Source: Auanema rhodensis
Lineage: Eukaryota; Animalia; Nematoda
NCBI GenBank assembly: GCA_964057225.1
Contig: OZ059899.1
Location: forward strand, 124,001 to 188,000
Length of the DNA stretch: 64,000 nt
Reading direction: 5' to 3'
The position numbers and the translations under genes are program-made. Below the pieces are notes generated by a model. That model saw only the letters and a list, made by a program, of their open reading frames with translations. It was not told the origin of the DNA and did not search any database. Shown one piece after another: positions 26,901 through 42,000 of this stretch (the stretch's first letter is position 1; each line of letters opens with the position of its first letter).

Positions 26901-29900
26901 ATTTCAAAGTCATGGTTACCATGAAGCAATATCAATAAAAATTTGTTTTTAGACTAATATGGACATGAGGAATCTAATTTTGAAAACCGCATCTCTTTAT
27001 CTTTCACGTGAAGCGAGTTACATACCAAGTGCACATCACGTGTACATTAAATTAGCATAAATTAAAGTTCACGTAAATTTCAAAGTCATGGTTACCATGA
27101 ACCAATATCAATAAAAATTTGTTTTTAGACTAATATGGACATGGGGAATCTAATTTTGAAAACCGCATCTCTTTATCTTTCACGTGAAGCGAGTTACATA
27201 CCAAGTGCACATCACGTGTACATTTAATTAGCATAAATTAAAGTTCACGTAAATTTCAAAGTCATGGTTACCATGAACCAATATCAATAAAAATTTGTTT
27301 TTAGACTAATATGGACATGGGGAATCTAACTTTGGAAACCGCATCTCTTTATCTTTCACGTGAAGCGAGTTACATACCAAGTGCACATCACGTGTACCTT
27401 TAATTAGCATAAATTAAAGTTCACGTAAATTTCAAAGTCATGGTTACCATGCACCAATATCAATAAAAATTTGTTTTTAGACTAATATGGACATGGGGAA
27501 TCTAATTTTGAAAACCGCATCTCTTTATCTTTCACGTGAAGCGAGTTACATACCAAGTGCACATCACGTGTACATTTAATTAGCATAAATTAAAGTTCAC
27601 GTAAATTTCAAAGTCATGGTTACCATGCACCAATATCAATAAAAATTTGTTTTTAGACTAATATGGACATGGGGAGTCTAATTTTGAAAACCGCATCTCT
27701 TTATCTTTCACGTTAAGCGAGTTACATACCAAGTGCACATCACGTGTACATTTAATTAGCATAAATTAAAGTTCACGTAAATTTCAAAGTCATGGTTACC
27801 ATGCACCAATATCAATAAAAATTTGTTTTTAGACTAATATGGACATGGGGAATCTAATTTTGAAAACCGCATCTCTTTATCTTTCACGTGAAGCGAGTTA
27901 CATACCAAGTGCACATCACGTGTACATTTAATTAGCATAAATTAAAGTTCACGTAAATTTCAAAGTCATGGTTACCATGAACCAATATCAATAAAAATTT
28001 GTTTTTAGACTAATATGGACATGGGGAATCTAATTTTGAAAACCGCATCTCTTTATCTTTCACGTGAAGCGAGTTACATACCAAGTGCACATCACGTGTA
28101 CATTTAATTAGCATAAATTAAAGTTCACGTAAATTTCAAAGTCATGGTTACCATGCACCAATATCAATAAAAATTTGTTTTTAGACTAATATGGACATGA
28201 GGAATCTAATTTTGAAAACCGCATCTCTTTATCTTTCACGTGAAGCGAGTTACATACCAAGTGCACATCACGTGTACATTTAATTAGCATAAATTAAAGT
28301 TCACGTAAATTTCAAAGTCATGGTTACCATGCACCAATATCAATAAAAATTTGTTTTTAGACTAATATGGGAATGAGGAATCTAATTTTGAAAACCGCAT
28401 CTCTTTATCTTTCACGTGAAGCGAGTTACATACCAAGTGCACATCACGTGTACATTTAATTAGCATAAATTAAAGTTCACGTAAATTTCAAAGTCATGGT
28501 TACCATGCACCAATATCAATAAAAATTTGTTTTTAGACTAATATGGACATGGGGAATCTAATTTTGAAAACCGCATCTCTTTATCTTTCACGTGAAGCGA
28601 GTTACATACCAAGTGCACATCACGTGTACATTTAATTAGCATAAATTAAAGTTCACGTAAATTTCAAAGTCATGGTTACCATGAAGCAATATCAATAAAA
28701 ATTTGTTTTTAGACTAATATGGACATGGGGAATCTAATTTTGAAAACCGCATCTCTTTATCTTTCACGTGAAGCGAATTACATACCAAGTGCACATCACG
28801 TGTACATTTAATTAGCATAAATTAAAGTTCACGTAAATTTCAAAGTCATGGTTACCATGAACCAATATCAATAAAAATTTGTTTTTAGACTAATATGGAC
28901 ATGGGGAATCTAATTTCGAAAACCGCATCTCTTTATCTTTCACGTGAAGCGAGTTACATACCAAGTGCACATCACGTGTACATTTAATTAGCATAAATTA
29001 AAGTTCACGTAAATTTCAAAGTCATGGTTACCATGAACCAATATCAATAAAAATTTGTTTTTAGACTAATATGGACATGGGGAATCTAATTTTGAAAACC
29101 GCATCTCTTTATCTTTCACGTGAAGCGAGTTACATACCAAGTGCACATCACGTGTACATTTAATTAGCATAAATTAAAGTTCACGTAAATTTCAAAGTCA
29201 TGGTTACCATGCACCAATATCAATAAAAATTTGTTTTTAGACTAATATGGACATGGGGAATCTAATTTTGATAACCGCATCTCTTTATCTTTCACGTGAA
29301 GCGAGTTACATACCAAGTGCACATCACGTGTACATTTAATTAGCATAAATTAAAGTTCACGTAAATTTCAAAGTCATGGTTACCATGAAGCAATATCAAT
29401 AAAAATTTGTTTTTAGACTAATATGGACATGAGGAATCTAATTTTGAAAACCGCATCTCTTTATCTTTCACGTGAAGCGAGTTACATACCAAGTGCACAT
29501 CACGTGTACATTAAATTAGCATAAATTAAAGTTCACGTAAATTTCAAAGTCATGGTTACCATGAACCAATATCAATAAAAATTTGTTTTTAGACTAATAT
29601 GGACATGGGGAATCTAATTTTGAAAACCGCATCTCTTTATCTTTCACGTGAAGCGAGTTACATACCAAGTGCACATCACGTGTACATTTAATTAGCATAA
29701 ATTAAAGTTCACGTAAATTTCAAAGTCATGGTTACCATGCACCAATATCAATAAAAATTTGTTTTTAGACTAATATGGACATGAGGAATCTAATTTTGAA
29801 AACCGCATCTCTCTATCTTTCACGTGAAGCGAGTTACATACCAAGTGCACATCACGTGTACATTTAATTAGCATAAATTAAAGTTCACGTAAATTTCAAA

Positions 29901-32900
29901 GTCATGGTTACCATGCACCAATATCAATAAAAATTTGTTTTTAGACTAATATGGACATGGGGAATCTAATTTTGAAAACCGCATCTCTTTATCTTTCACG
30001 TGAAGCGAGTTACATACCAAGTGCACATCACGTGTACATTTAATTAGCATAAATTAAAGTTCACGTAAATTTCAAAGTCGTGGTTACCATGCACCAATAT
30101 CAATAAAAATTCGTTTTTAGACTAATATGGACATGGGGAATCTAACTTTGGAAACCGCATCTCTTTATCTTTCACGTGAAGCGAGTTACATACCAAGTGC
30201 ACATCACGTGTACATTTAATTAGCATAAATTAAAGTTCACGTAAATTTCAAAGTCATGGTTACCATGCACCAATATCAATAAAAATTTGTTTTTAGACTA
30301 ATATGGACATGGGGAATCTAATTTTGAAAACCGCATCTCTTTATCTTTCACGTGAAGCGAGTTACATACCAAGTGCACATCACGTGTACATTTAATTAGC
30401 ATAAATTAAAGTTCACGTAAATTTCAAAGTCATGGTTACCATGCACCAATATCAATAAAAATTTGTTTTTAGACTAATATGGACATGGGGAGTCTAATTT
30501 TGAAAACCGCATCTCTTTATCTTTCACGTGAAGCGAGTTACATACCAAGTGCACATCACGTGTACATTTAATTAGCATAAATTAAAGTTCACGTAAATTT
30601 CAAAGTCATGGTTACCATGAACCAATATCAATAAAAATTTGTTTTTAGACTAATATGGACATGGGGAATCTAATTTTGAAAACCGCATCTCTTTATCTTT
30701 CACGTGAAGCGAGTTACATACCAAGTGCACATCACGTGTACATTTAATTAGCATAAATTAAAGTTCACGTAAATTTCAAAGTCATGGTTACCATGCACCA
30801 ATATCAATAAAAATTTGTTTTTAGACTAATATGGACATGAGGAATCTAATTTTGAAAACCGCATCTCTTTATCTTTCACGTGAAGCGAGTTACATACCAA
30901 GTGCACATCACGTGTACATTTAATTAGCATAAATTAAAGTTCACGTAAATTTCAAAGTCATGGTTACCATGCACCAATATCAATAAAAATTTGTTTTTAG
31001 ACTAATATGGGAATGAGGAATCTAATTTTGAAAACCGCATCTCTTTATCTTTCACGTGAAGCGAGTTACATACCAAGTGCACATCACGTGTACATTTAAT
31101 TAGCATAAATTAAAGTTCACGTAAATTTCAAAGTCATGGTTACCATGCACCAATATCAATAAAAATTTGTTTTTAGACTAATATGGACATGGGGAATCTA
31201 ATTTTGAAAACCGCATCTCTTTATCTTTCACGTGAAGCGAGTTACATACCAAGTGCACATCACGTGTACATTTAATTAGCATAAATTAAAGTTCACGTAA
31301 ATTTCAAAGTCATGGTTACCATGAAGCAATATCAATAAAAATTTGTTTTTAGACTAATATGGACATGGGGAATCTAATTTTGAAAACCGCATCTCTTTAT
31401 CTTTCACGTGAAGCGAATTACATACCAAGTGCACATCACGTGTACATTTAATTAGCATAAATTAAAGTTCACGTAAATTTCAAAGTCATGGTTACCATGA
31501 ACCAATATCAATAAAAATTTGTTTTTAGACTAATATGGACATGGGGAATCTAATTTCGAAAACCGCATCTCTTTATCTTTCACGTGAAGCGAGTTACATA
31601 CCAAGTGCACATCACGTGTACATTTAATTAGCATAAATTAAAGTTCACGTAAATTTCAAAGTCATGGTTACCATGCACCAATATCAATAAAAATTTGTTT
31701 TTAGACTAATATGGGAATGAGGAATCTAATTTTGAAAACCGCATCTCTTTATCTTTCACGTGAAGCGAGTTACATACCAAGTGCACATCACGTGTACATT
31801 TAATTAGCATAAATTAAAGTTCACGTAAATTTCAAAGTCATGGTTACCATGCACCAATATCAATAAAAATTTGTTTTTAGACTAATATGGACATGGGGAA
31901 TCTAATTTTGAAAACCGCATCTCTTTATCTTTCACGTGAAGCGAGTTACATACCAAGTGCACATCACGTGTACATTTAATTAGCATAAATTAAAGTTCAC
32001 GTAAATTTCAAAGTCATGGTTACCATGCACCAATATCAATAAAAATTTGTTTTTAGACTAATATGGACATGGGGAATCTAATTTTGAAAACCGCATCTCT
32101 TTATCTTTCACGTTAAGCGAGTTACATACCAAGTGCACATCACGTGTACATTTAATTAGCATAAATTAAAGTTCACGTAAATTTCAAAGTCATGGTTACC
32201 ATGCACCAATATCAATAAAAATTTGTTTTTAGACTAATATGGACATGGGGAATCTAATTTTGAAAACCGCATCTCTTTATCTTTCACGTGAAGCGAGTTA
32301 CATACCAAGTGCACATCACGTGTACATTTAATTAGCATAAATTAAAGTTCACGTAAATTTCAAAGTCATGGTTACCATGAACCAATATCAATAAAAATTT
32401 GTTTTTAGACTAATATGGACATGGGGAATCTAATTTTGAAAACCGCATCTCTTTATCTTTCACGTGAAGCGAGTTACATACCAAGTGCACATCACGTGTA
32501 CATTTAATTAGCATAAATTAAAGTTCACGTAAATTTCAAAGTCATGGTTACCATGCACCAATATCAATAAAAATTTGTTTTTAGACTAATATGGACATGG
32601 GGAATCTAATTTTGAAAACCGCATCTCTTTATCTTTCACGTGAAGCGAGTTACATACCAAGTGCACATCACGTGTACATTTAATTAGCATAAATTAAAGT
32701 TCACGTAAATTTCAAAGTCATGGTTACCATGCACCAATATCAATAAAAATTTGTTTTTAGACTAATATGCACATGGGGAATCTAATTTTGAAAACCGCAT
32801 CTCTTCATCTTTCACGTGAAGCGAGTTACATACCAAGTGCACATCACGTGTACATTTAATTAGCATAAATTAAAGTTCACGTAAATTTCAAAGTCATGGT

Positions 32901-35896
32901 TACCATGCACCAATATCAATAAAAATTTGTTTTTAGACTAATATGGACATGGGGAATCTAATTTTGATAACCGCATCTCTTTATCTTTCACGTGAAGCGA
33001 GTTACATACCAAGTGCACATCACGTGTACATTTAATTAGCATAAATTAAAGTTCACGTAAATTTCAAAGTCATGGTTACCATGCACCAATATCAATAAAA
33101 ATTTGTTTTTAGACTAATATGGGAATGAGGAATCTAATTTTGAAAACCGCATCTCTTTATCTTTCACGTGAAGCGAGTTACATACCAAGTGCACATCACG
33201 TGTACATTTAATTAGCATAAATTAAAGTTCACGTAAATTTCAAAGTCATGGTTACCATGCACCAATATCAATAAAAATTTGTTTTTAGACTAATATGGGA
33301 ATGAGGAATCTAATTTTGAAAACCGCATCTCTTTATCTTTCACGTGAAGCGAGTTACATACCAAGTGCACATCACGTGTACATTTAATTAGCATAAATTA
33401 AAGTTCACGTAAATTTCAAAGTCATGGTTACCATGAAGCAATATCAATAAAAATTTGTTTTTAGACTAATATGGACATGGGGAATCTAATTTTGAAAACC
33501 GCATCTCTTTATCTTTCACGTGAAGCGAATTACATACCAAGTGCACATCACGTGTACATTTAATTAGCATAAATTAAAGTTCACGTAAATTTCAAAGTCA
33601 TGGTTACCATGAACCAATATCAATAAAAATTTGTTTTTAGACTAATATGGACATGGGGAATCTAATTTCGAAAACCGCATCTCTTTATCTTTCACGTGAA
33701 GCGAGTTACATACCAAGTGCACATCACGTGTACATTTAATTAGCATAAATTAAAGTTCACGTAAATTTCAAAGTCATGGTTACCATGAACCAATATCAAT
33801 AAAAATTTGTTTTTAGACTAATATGGACATGGGGAATCTAATTTCGAAAACCGCATCTCTTTATCTTTCACGTGAAGCGAGTTACATACCAAGTGCACAT
33901 CACGTGTACATTTAATTAGCATAAATTAAAGTTCACGTAAATTTCAAAGTCATGGTTACCATGCACCAATATCAATAAAAATTTGTGTTTAGACTAATAT
34001 GGACATGAGGAATCTAATTTTGAAAACCGCATCTCTTTATCTTTCACGTGAAGCGAGTTACATACCAAGTGCACATCACGTGTACATTTAATTAGCATAA
34101 ATTAAAGTTCACGTAAATTTCAAAGTCATGGTTACCATGCACCAATATCAATAAAAATTTGTTTTTAGACTAATATGGGAATGAGAAATCTAATTTTGAA
34201 AACCGCATCTCTTTATCTTTCACGTGAAGCGAGTTACATACCAAGTGCACATCACGTGTACATTTAATTAGCATAAATTAAAGTTCACGTAAATTTCAAA
34301 GTCATGGTTACCATGCACCAATATCAATAAAAATTTGTTTTTAGACTAATATGGACATGGGGAATCTAATTTTGAAAACCGCATCTCTTTATCTTTCACG
34401 TGAAGCGAGTTACATACCAAGTGCACATCACGTGTACATTTAATTAGCATAAATTAAAGTTCACGTAAATTTCAAAGTCATGGTTACCATGCACCAATAT
34501 CAATAAAAATTTGTTTTTAGACTAATATGGACATGGGCAATCTAATTTTGAAAACCGCATCTCTTTATCTTTCACGTTAAGCGAGTTACATACCAAGTGC
34601 ACATCACGTGTACATTTAATTAGCATAAATTAAAGTTCACGTAAATTTCAAAGTCATGGTTACCATGCACCAATATCAATAAAAATTTGTTTTTAGACTA
34701 ATATGGACATGGGGAATCTAATTTTGAAAACCGCATCTCTTTATCTTTCACGTGAAGCGAGTTACATACCAAGTGCACATCACGTGTACATTTAATTAGC
34801 ATAAATTAAAGTTCACGTAAATTTCAAAGTCATGGTTACCATGAACCAATATCAATAAAAATTTGTTTTTAGACTAATATGGACATGGGGAATCTAATTT
34901 TGAAAACCGCATCTCTTTATCTTTCACGTGAAGCGAGTTACATACCAAGTGCACATCACGTGTACATTTAATTAGCATAAATTAAAGTTCACGTAAATTT
35001 CAAAGTCATGGTTACCATGCACCAATATCAATAAAAATTTGTTTTTAGACTAATATGGACATGGGGAATCTAATTTTGAAAACCGCATCTCTTTATCTTT
35101 CACGTGAAGCGAGTTACATACCAAGTGCACATCACGTGTACATTTAATTAGCATAAATTAAAGTTCACGTAAATTTCAAAGTCATGGTTACCATGCACCA
35201 ATATCAATAAAAATTTGTTTTTAGACTAATATGGACATGGGGAATCTAATTTTGAAAACCGCATCTCTTTATCTTTCACGTTAAGCGAGTTACATACCAA
35301 GTGCACATCACGTGTACATTTAATTAGCATAAATTAAAGTTCACGTAAATTTCAAAGTCATGGTTACCATGAACCAATATCAATAAAAATTTGTTTTTAG
35401 ACTAATATGGACATGGGGAATCTAATTTTGAAAACCGCATCTCTTTATCTTTCACGTGAAGCGAGTTACATACCAAGTGCACATCACGTGTACATTTAAT
35501 TAGCATAAATTAAAGTTCACGTAAATTTCAAAGTCATGGTTACCATGCACCAATATCAATAAAAATTTGTTTTTAGACTAATATGGACATGGGGAATCTA
35601 ATTTTGAAAACCGCATCTCTTTATCTTTCACGTGAAGCGAGTTACATACCAAGTGCACATCACGTGTACATTTAATTAGCATAAATTAAAGTTCACGTAA
35701 ATTTCAAAGTCATGGTTACCATGCACCAATATCAATAAAAATTTGTTTTTAGACTAATATGGACATGGGGAATCTAATTTTGAAAACCGCATCTCTTTAT
35801 CTTTCACGTGAAGCGAGTTACATACCAAGTGCACATCACGTGTACATTTAATTAGCATAAATTAAAGTTCACGTAAATTTCAAAGTCATGGTTACC
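23930..35896. repeat. Transition domain with mixed and private variants
   Basis: Private variants T58C+A63G (aactttgga; M138, M156, M172), A52G (ggagtc; M140, M158, M174) and T61C (tttcgaa; M165, M180, M192, M193). Left-domain variants die out here. Right-domain variants first appear here: A168G/T24C at ~24.1 kb, gggaatgagg at ~28.4 kb, T27G at ~34.0 kb. Confidence 0.75.
26745..31672 (+). repeat. Imperfect 14/15-monomer tandem duplication (M153-M166 / M167-M180)
   Basis: A64T, aagc+G48A+T129A, C4A occurs at 26745 and 29209. C4A, G48A, gggaatgagg, plain, aagc+G97A, T61C occurs at 27977 and 30617 (offset 2640 bp). Confidence 0.75.
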
Positions 35897-36952
35897 ATGC
35901 ACCAATATCAATAAAAATTTGTGTTTAGACTAATATGGACATGAGGAATCTAATTTTGAAAACCGCATCTCTTTATCTTTCACGTGAAGCGAGTTACATA
36001 CCAAGTGCACATCACGTGTACATTTAATTAGCATAAATTAAAGTTCACGTAAATTTCAAAGTCATGGTTACCATGCACCAATATCAATAAAAATTTGTTT
36101 TTAGACTAATATGGGAATGAGGAATCTAATTTTGAAAACCGCATCTCTTTATCTTTCACGTGAAGCGAGTTACATACCAAGTGCACATCACGTGTACATT
36201 TAATTAGCATAAATTAAAGTTCACGTAAATTTCAAAGTCGTGGTTACCATGCACCAATATCAATAAAAATTCGTTTTTAGACTAATATGGACATGGGGAA
36301 TCTAATTTTGAAAACCGCATCTCTTTATCTTTCACGTGAAGCGAGTTACATACCAAGTACACATCACGTGTACATTTAATTAGCATAAATTAAAGTTCAA
36401 GTAAATTTCAAAGTCATGGTTACCATGAACCAATATCAATAAAAATTTGTTTTTAGACTAATATGGACATGGGGAATCTAATTTTGAAAACCGCATCTCT
36501 TTATCTTTCACGTGAAGCGAGTTACATACCAAGTGCACATCACGTGTACATTTAATTAGCATAAATTAAAGTTCACGTAAATTTCAAAGTCATGGTTACC
36601 ATGCACCAATATCAATAAAAATTTGTTTTTAGACTAATATGGACATGGGGAATCTAATTTTGAAAACCGCATCTCTTTATCTTTCACGTGAAGCGAGTTA
36701 CATACCAAGTGCACATCACGTGTACATTTAATTAGCATAAATTAAAGTTCACGTAAATTTCAAAGTCATGGTTACCATGCACCAATATCAATAAAAATTT
36801 GTTTTTAGACTAATATGGACATGGGGGATCTAATTTTGAAAACCGCATCTCTTTATCTTTCACGTGAAGCGAGTTACATACCAAGTGCACATCACGTGTA
36901 CATTTAATTAGCATAAATTAAAGTTCACGTAAATTTCAAAGTCATGGTTACC

Positions 36953-39064
36953 ATGCACCAATATCAATAAAAATTTGTGTTTAGACTAATATGGACATGA
37001 GGAATCTAATTTTGAAAACCGCATCTCTTTATCTTTCACGTGAAGCGAGTTACATACCAAGTGCACATCACGTGTACATTTAATTAGCATAAATTAAAGT
37101 TCACGTAAATTTCAAAGTCATGGTTACCATGAAGCAATATCAATAAAAATTTGTTTTTAGACTAATATGGACATGGGGAATCTAATTTTGAAAACAGCAT
37201 CTCTTTATCTTTCACGTGAAGCGAATTACATACCAAGTGCACATCACGTGTACATTTAATTAGCATAAATTAAAGTTCACGTAAATTTCAAAGTCATGGT
37301 TACCATGAACCAATATCAATAAAAATTTGTTTTTAGACTAATATGGACATGGGGAATCTAATTTTGAAAACCGCATCTCTTTATCTTTCACGTGAAGCGA
37401 GTTACATACCAAGTGCACATCACGTGTACATTTAATTAGCATAAATTAAAGTTCACGTAAATTTCAAAGTCATGGTTACCATGCACCAATATCAATAAAA
37501 ATTTGTGTTTAGACTAATATGGACATGAGGAATCTAATTTTGAAAACCGCATCTCTTTATCTTTCACGTGAAGCGAGTTACATACCAAGTGCACATCACG
37601 TGTACATTTAATTAGCATAAATTAAAGTTCACGTAAATTTCAAAGTCATGGTTACCATGCACCAATATCAATAAAAATTTGTTTTTAGACTAATATGGAC
37701 ATGGGGAATCTAATTTTGAAAACCGCATCTCTTTATCTTTCACGTGAAGCGAGTTACATACCAAGTGCACATCACGTGTACATTTAATTAGCATAAATTA
37801 AAGTTCACGTAAATTTCAAAGTCATGGTTACCATGCACCAATATCAATAAAAATTTGTTTTTAGACTAACATGGGAATGAGGAATCTAATTTTGAAAACC
37901 GCATCTCTTTATCTTTCACGTGAAGCGAGTTACATACCAAGTGCACATCACGTGTACATTTAATTAGCATAAATTAAAGTTCACGTAAATTTCAAAGTCA
38001 TGGTTACCATGAAGCAATATCAATAAAAATTTGTTTTTAGACTAATATGGACATGGGGAATCTAATTTTGAAAACAGCATCTCTTTATCTTTCACGTGAA
38101 GCGAATTACATACCAAGTGCACATCACGTGTACATTTAATTAGCATAAATTAAAGTTCACGTAAATTTCAAAGTCATGGTTACCATGAACCAATATCAAT
38201 AAAAATTTGTTTTTAGACTAATATGGACATGGGGAATCTAATTTTGAAAACCGCATCTCTTTATCTTTCACGTGAAGCGAGTTACATACCAAGTGCACAT
38301 CACGTGTACATTTAATTAGCATAAATTAAAGTTCACGTAAATTTCAAAGTCATGGTTACCATGCACCAATATCAATAAAAATTTGTGTTTAGACTAATAT
38401 GGACATGAGGAATCTAATTTTGAAAACCGCATCTCTTTATCTTTCACGTGAAGCGAGTTACATACCAAGTGCACATCACGTGTACATTTAATTAGCATAA
38501 ATTAAAGTTCACGTAAATTTCAAAGTCATGGTTACCATGAAGCAATATCAATAAAAATTTGTTTTTAGACTAATATGGACATGGGGAATCTAATTTTGAA
38601 AACAGCATCTCTTTATCTTTCACGTGAAGCGAATTACATACCAAGTGCACATCACGTGTACATTTAATTAGCATAAATTAAAGTTCACGTAAATTTCAAA
38701 GTCATGGTTACCATGAACCAATATCAATAAAAATTTGTTTTTAGACTAATATGGACATGGGGAATCTAATTTTGAAAACCGCATCTCTTTATCTTTCACG
38801 TGAAGCGAGTTACATACCAAGTGCACATCACGTGTACATTTAATTAGCATAAATTAAAGTTCACGTAAATTTCAAAGTCATGGTTACCATGCACCAATAT
38901 CAATAAAAATTTGTGTTTAGACTAATATGGACATGAGGAATCTAATTTTGAAAACCGCATCTCTTTATCTTTCACGTGAAGCGAGTTACATACCAAGTGC
39001 ACATCACGTGTACATTTAATTAGCATAAATTAAAGTTCACGTAAATTTCAAAGTCGTGGTTACC
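36953..39064 (+). repeat. Local 3-monomer (528-bp) higher-order repeat
   Basis: The unit [T27G+G48A] [aagc+C68A+G97A] [C4A] recurs at M211-M213 and M217-M222, and again at M239-M242, M292-M294 and M309-M314. Confidence 0.8.
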
Positions 39065-42000
39065 ATGCACCAATATCAATAAAAATTCGTTTTTAGACTA
39101 ATATGGACATGGGGAATCTAATTTTGAAAACCGCATCTCTTTATCTTTCACGTGAAGCGAGTTACATACCAAGTGCACATCACGTGTACATTTAATTAGC
39201 ATAAATTAAAGTTCACGTAAATTTCAAAGTCATGGTTACCATGCACCAATATCAATAAAAATTTGTTTTTAGACTAATATGGGAATGAGGAATCTAATTT
39301 TGAAAACCGCATCTCTTTATCTTTCACGTGAAGCGAGTTACATACCAAGTGCACATCACGTGTACATTTAATTAGCATAAATTAAAGTTCACGTAAATTT
39401 CAAAGTCGTGGTTACCATGCACCAATATCAATAAAAATTCGTTTTTAGACTAATATGGACATGGGGAATCTAATTTTGAAAACCGCATCTCTTTATCTTT
39501 CACGTGAAGCGAGTTACATACCAAGTGCACATCACGTGTACATTTAATTAGCATAAATTAAAGTTCAAGTAAATTTCAAAGTCATGGTTACCATGAACCA
39601 ATATCAATAAAAATTTGTTTTAAGACTAATATGGACATGGGGAATCTAATTTTGAAAACCGCATCTCTTTATCTTTCACGTGAAGCAAGTTACATACCAA
39701 GTGCACATCACGTGTACATTTAATTAGCATAAATTAAAGTTCACGTAAATTTCAAAGTCATGGTTACCATGCACCAATATCAATAAAAATTTGTTTTTAG
39801 ACTAATATGGACATGGGGGATCTAATTTTGAGAACCGCATCTCTTTATCTTTCACGTGAAGCGAGTTACATACCAAGTGCACATCACGTGTACATTTAAT
39901 TAGCATAAATTAAAGTTCACGTAAATTTCAAAGTCATGGTTACCATGAAGCAATATCAATAAAAATTTGTTTTTGGACTAATATGGACATGGGGAATCTA
40001 ATTTTAAAACCGAATCTCTTTATCTTTCACGTGAAGCGAGTTACATACCAAGTGCACATCACGTGTACATTTAATTAGCATAAATTAAAGTTCAAGTAAA
40101 TTTCAAAGTCATGGTTACCATGAACCAATATCAATAAAAATTTGTTTTTAGACTAATATGGACATGGGGAATCTAATTTTGAAAACCGCATCTCTTCATC
40201 TTTCACGTGAAGCGAGTTACATACCAAGTGCACATCACGTGTACATTTAATTAGCATAAATTAAAGTTCACGTAAATTTCAAAGTCATGGTTACCATGCA
40301 CCAATATCAATAAAAATTTGTTTTTAGACTAATATGGACATGGGGAATCTAATTTTGAAAACCGCATCTCTTTATCTTTCACGTTAAGCGAGTTACATAC
40401 CAAGTGCACATCACGTGTACATTTAATTAGCATAAATTAAAGTTCACGTAAATTTCAAAGTCATGGTTACCATGCACCAATATCAATAAAAATTTGTTTT
40501 TAGACTAATATGGACATGGGGAATCTAATTTTGAAAACCGCATCTCTTTATCTTTCACGTGAAGCGAGTTACATACTAAGTGCACATCACGTGTACATTT
40601 AATTAGCATAAATTAAAGTTCACGTAAATTTCAAAGTCATGGTTACCATGAACCAATATCAATAAAAATTTGTTTTTAGACTAATATGGACATGGGGAAT
40701 CTAATTTTGAAAACCGCATCTCTTTATCTTTTACGTGAAGCGAGTTACATACCAAGTGCACATCACGTGTACATTTAATTAGCATAAATTAAAGTTCACG
40801 TAAATTTCAAAGTCATGGTTACCATGCACCAAATCAATAAAAATTTGTTTTTAGACTAATATGGACATGGGGAATCTAATTTTGAAAACCGCATCTCTTT
40901 ATCTTTTACGTGAAGCGAGTTACATACCAAGTGCACATCACGTGTACATTTAATTAGCATAAATTAAAGTTCACGTAAATTTCAAAGTCATGGTTACCAT
41001 GCACCAATATCAATAAAAATTTGTTTTTAGACTAATATGGACATGGGGAATCTAATTTTGAAAACCGCATCTCTTTATCTTTCACGTGAAGCGAGTTACA
41101 TACCAAGTGCACATCACGTGTACATTTAATTAGCATAAATTAAAGTTCACGTAAATTTCAAAGTCGTGGTTACCATGCACCAATATCAATAAAAATTCGT
41201 TTTTAGACTAATATGGACATGGGGAATCTAATTTTGAAAACCGCATCTCTTTATCTTTCACGTGAAGCGAGTTACATACCAAGTGCACATCACGTGTACA
41301 TTTAATTAGCATAAATTAAAGTTCACGTAAATTTCAAAGTCATGGTTACCATGCACCAATATCAATAAAAATTTGTTTTTAGACTAATATGGGAATGAGG
41401 AATCTAATTTTGAAAACCGCATCTCTTTATCTTTCACGTGAAGCGAGTTACATACCAAGTGCACATCACGTGTACATTTAATTAGCATAAATTAAAGTTC
41501 ACGTAAATTTCAAAGTCGTGGTTACCATGCACCAATATCAATAAAAATTCGTTTTTAGACTAATATGGACATGGGGAATCTAATTTTGAAAACCGCATCT
41601 CTTTATCTTTCACGTGAAGCGAGTTACATACCAAGTGCACATCACGTGTACATTTAATTAGCATAAATTAAAGTTCAAGTAAATTTCAAAGTCATGGTTA
41701 CCATGAACCAATATCAATAAAAATTTGTTTTAAGACTAATATGGACATGGGGAATCTAATTTTGAAAACCGCATCTCTTTATCTTTCACGTGAAGCGAGT
41801 TACATACCAAGTGCACATCACGTGTACATTTAATTAGCATAAATTAAAGTTCACGTAAATTTCAAAGTCATGGTTACCATGCACCAATATCAATAAAAAT
41901 TTGTGTTTAGACTAATATGGACATGAGGAATCTAATTTTGAAAACCGCATCTCTTTATCTTTCACGTGAAGCGAGTTACATACCAAGTGCACATCACGTG

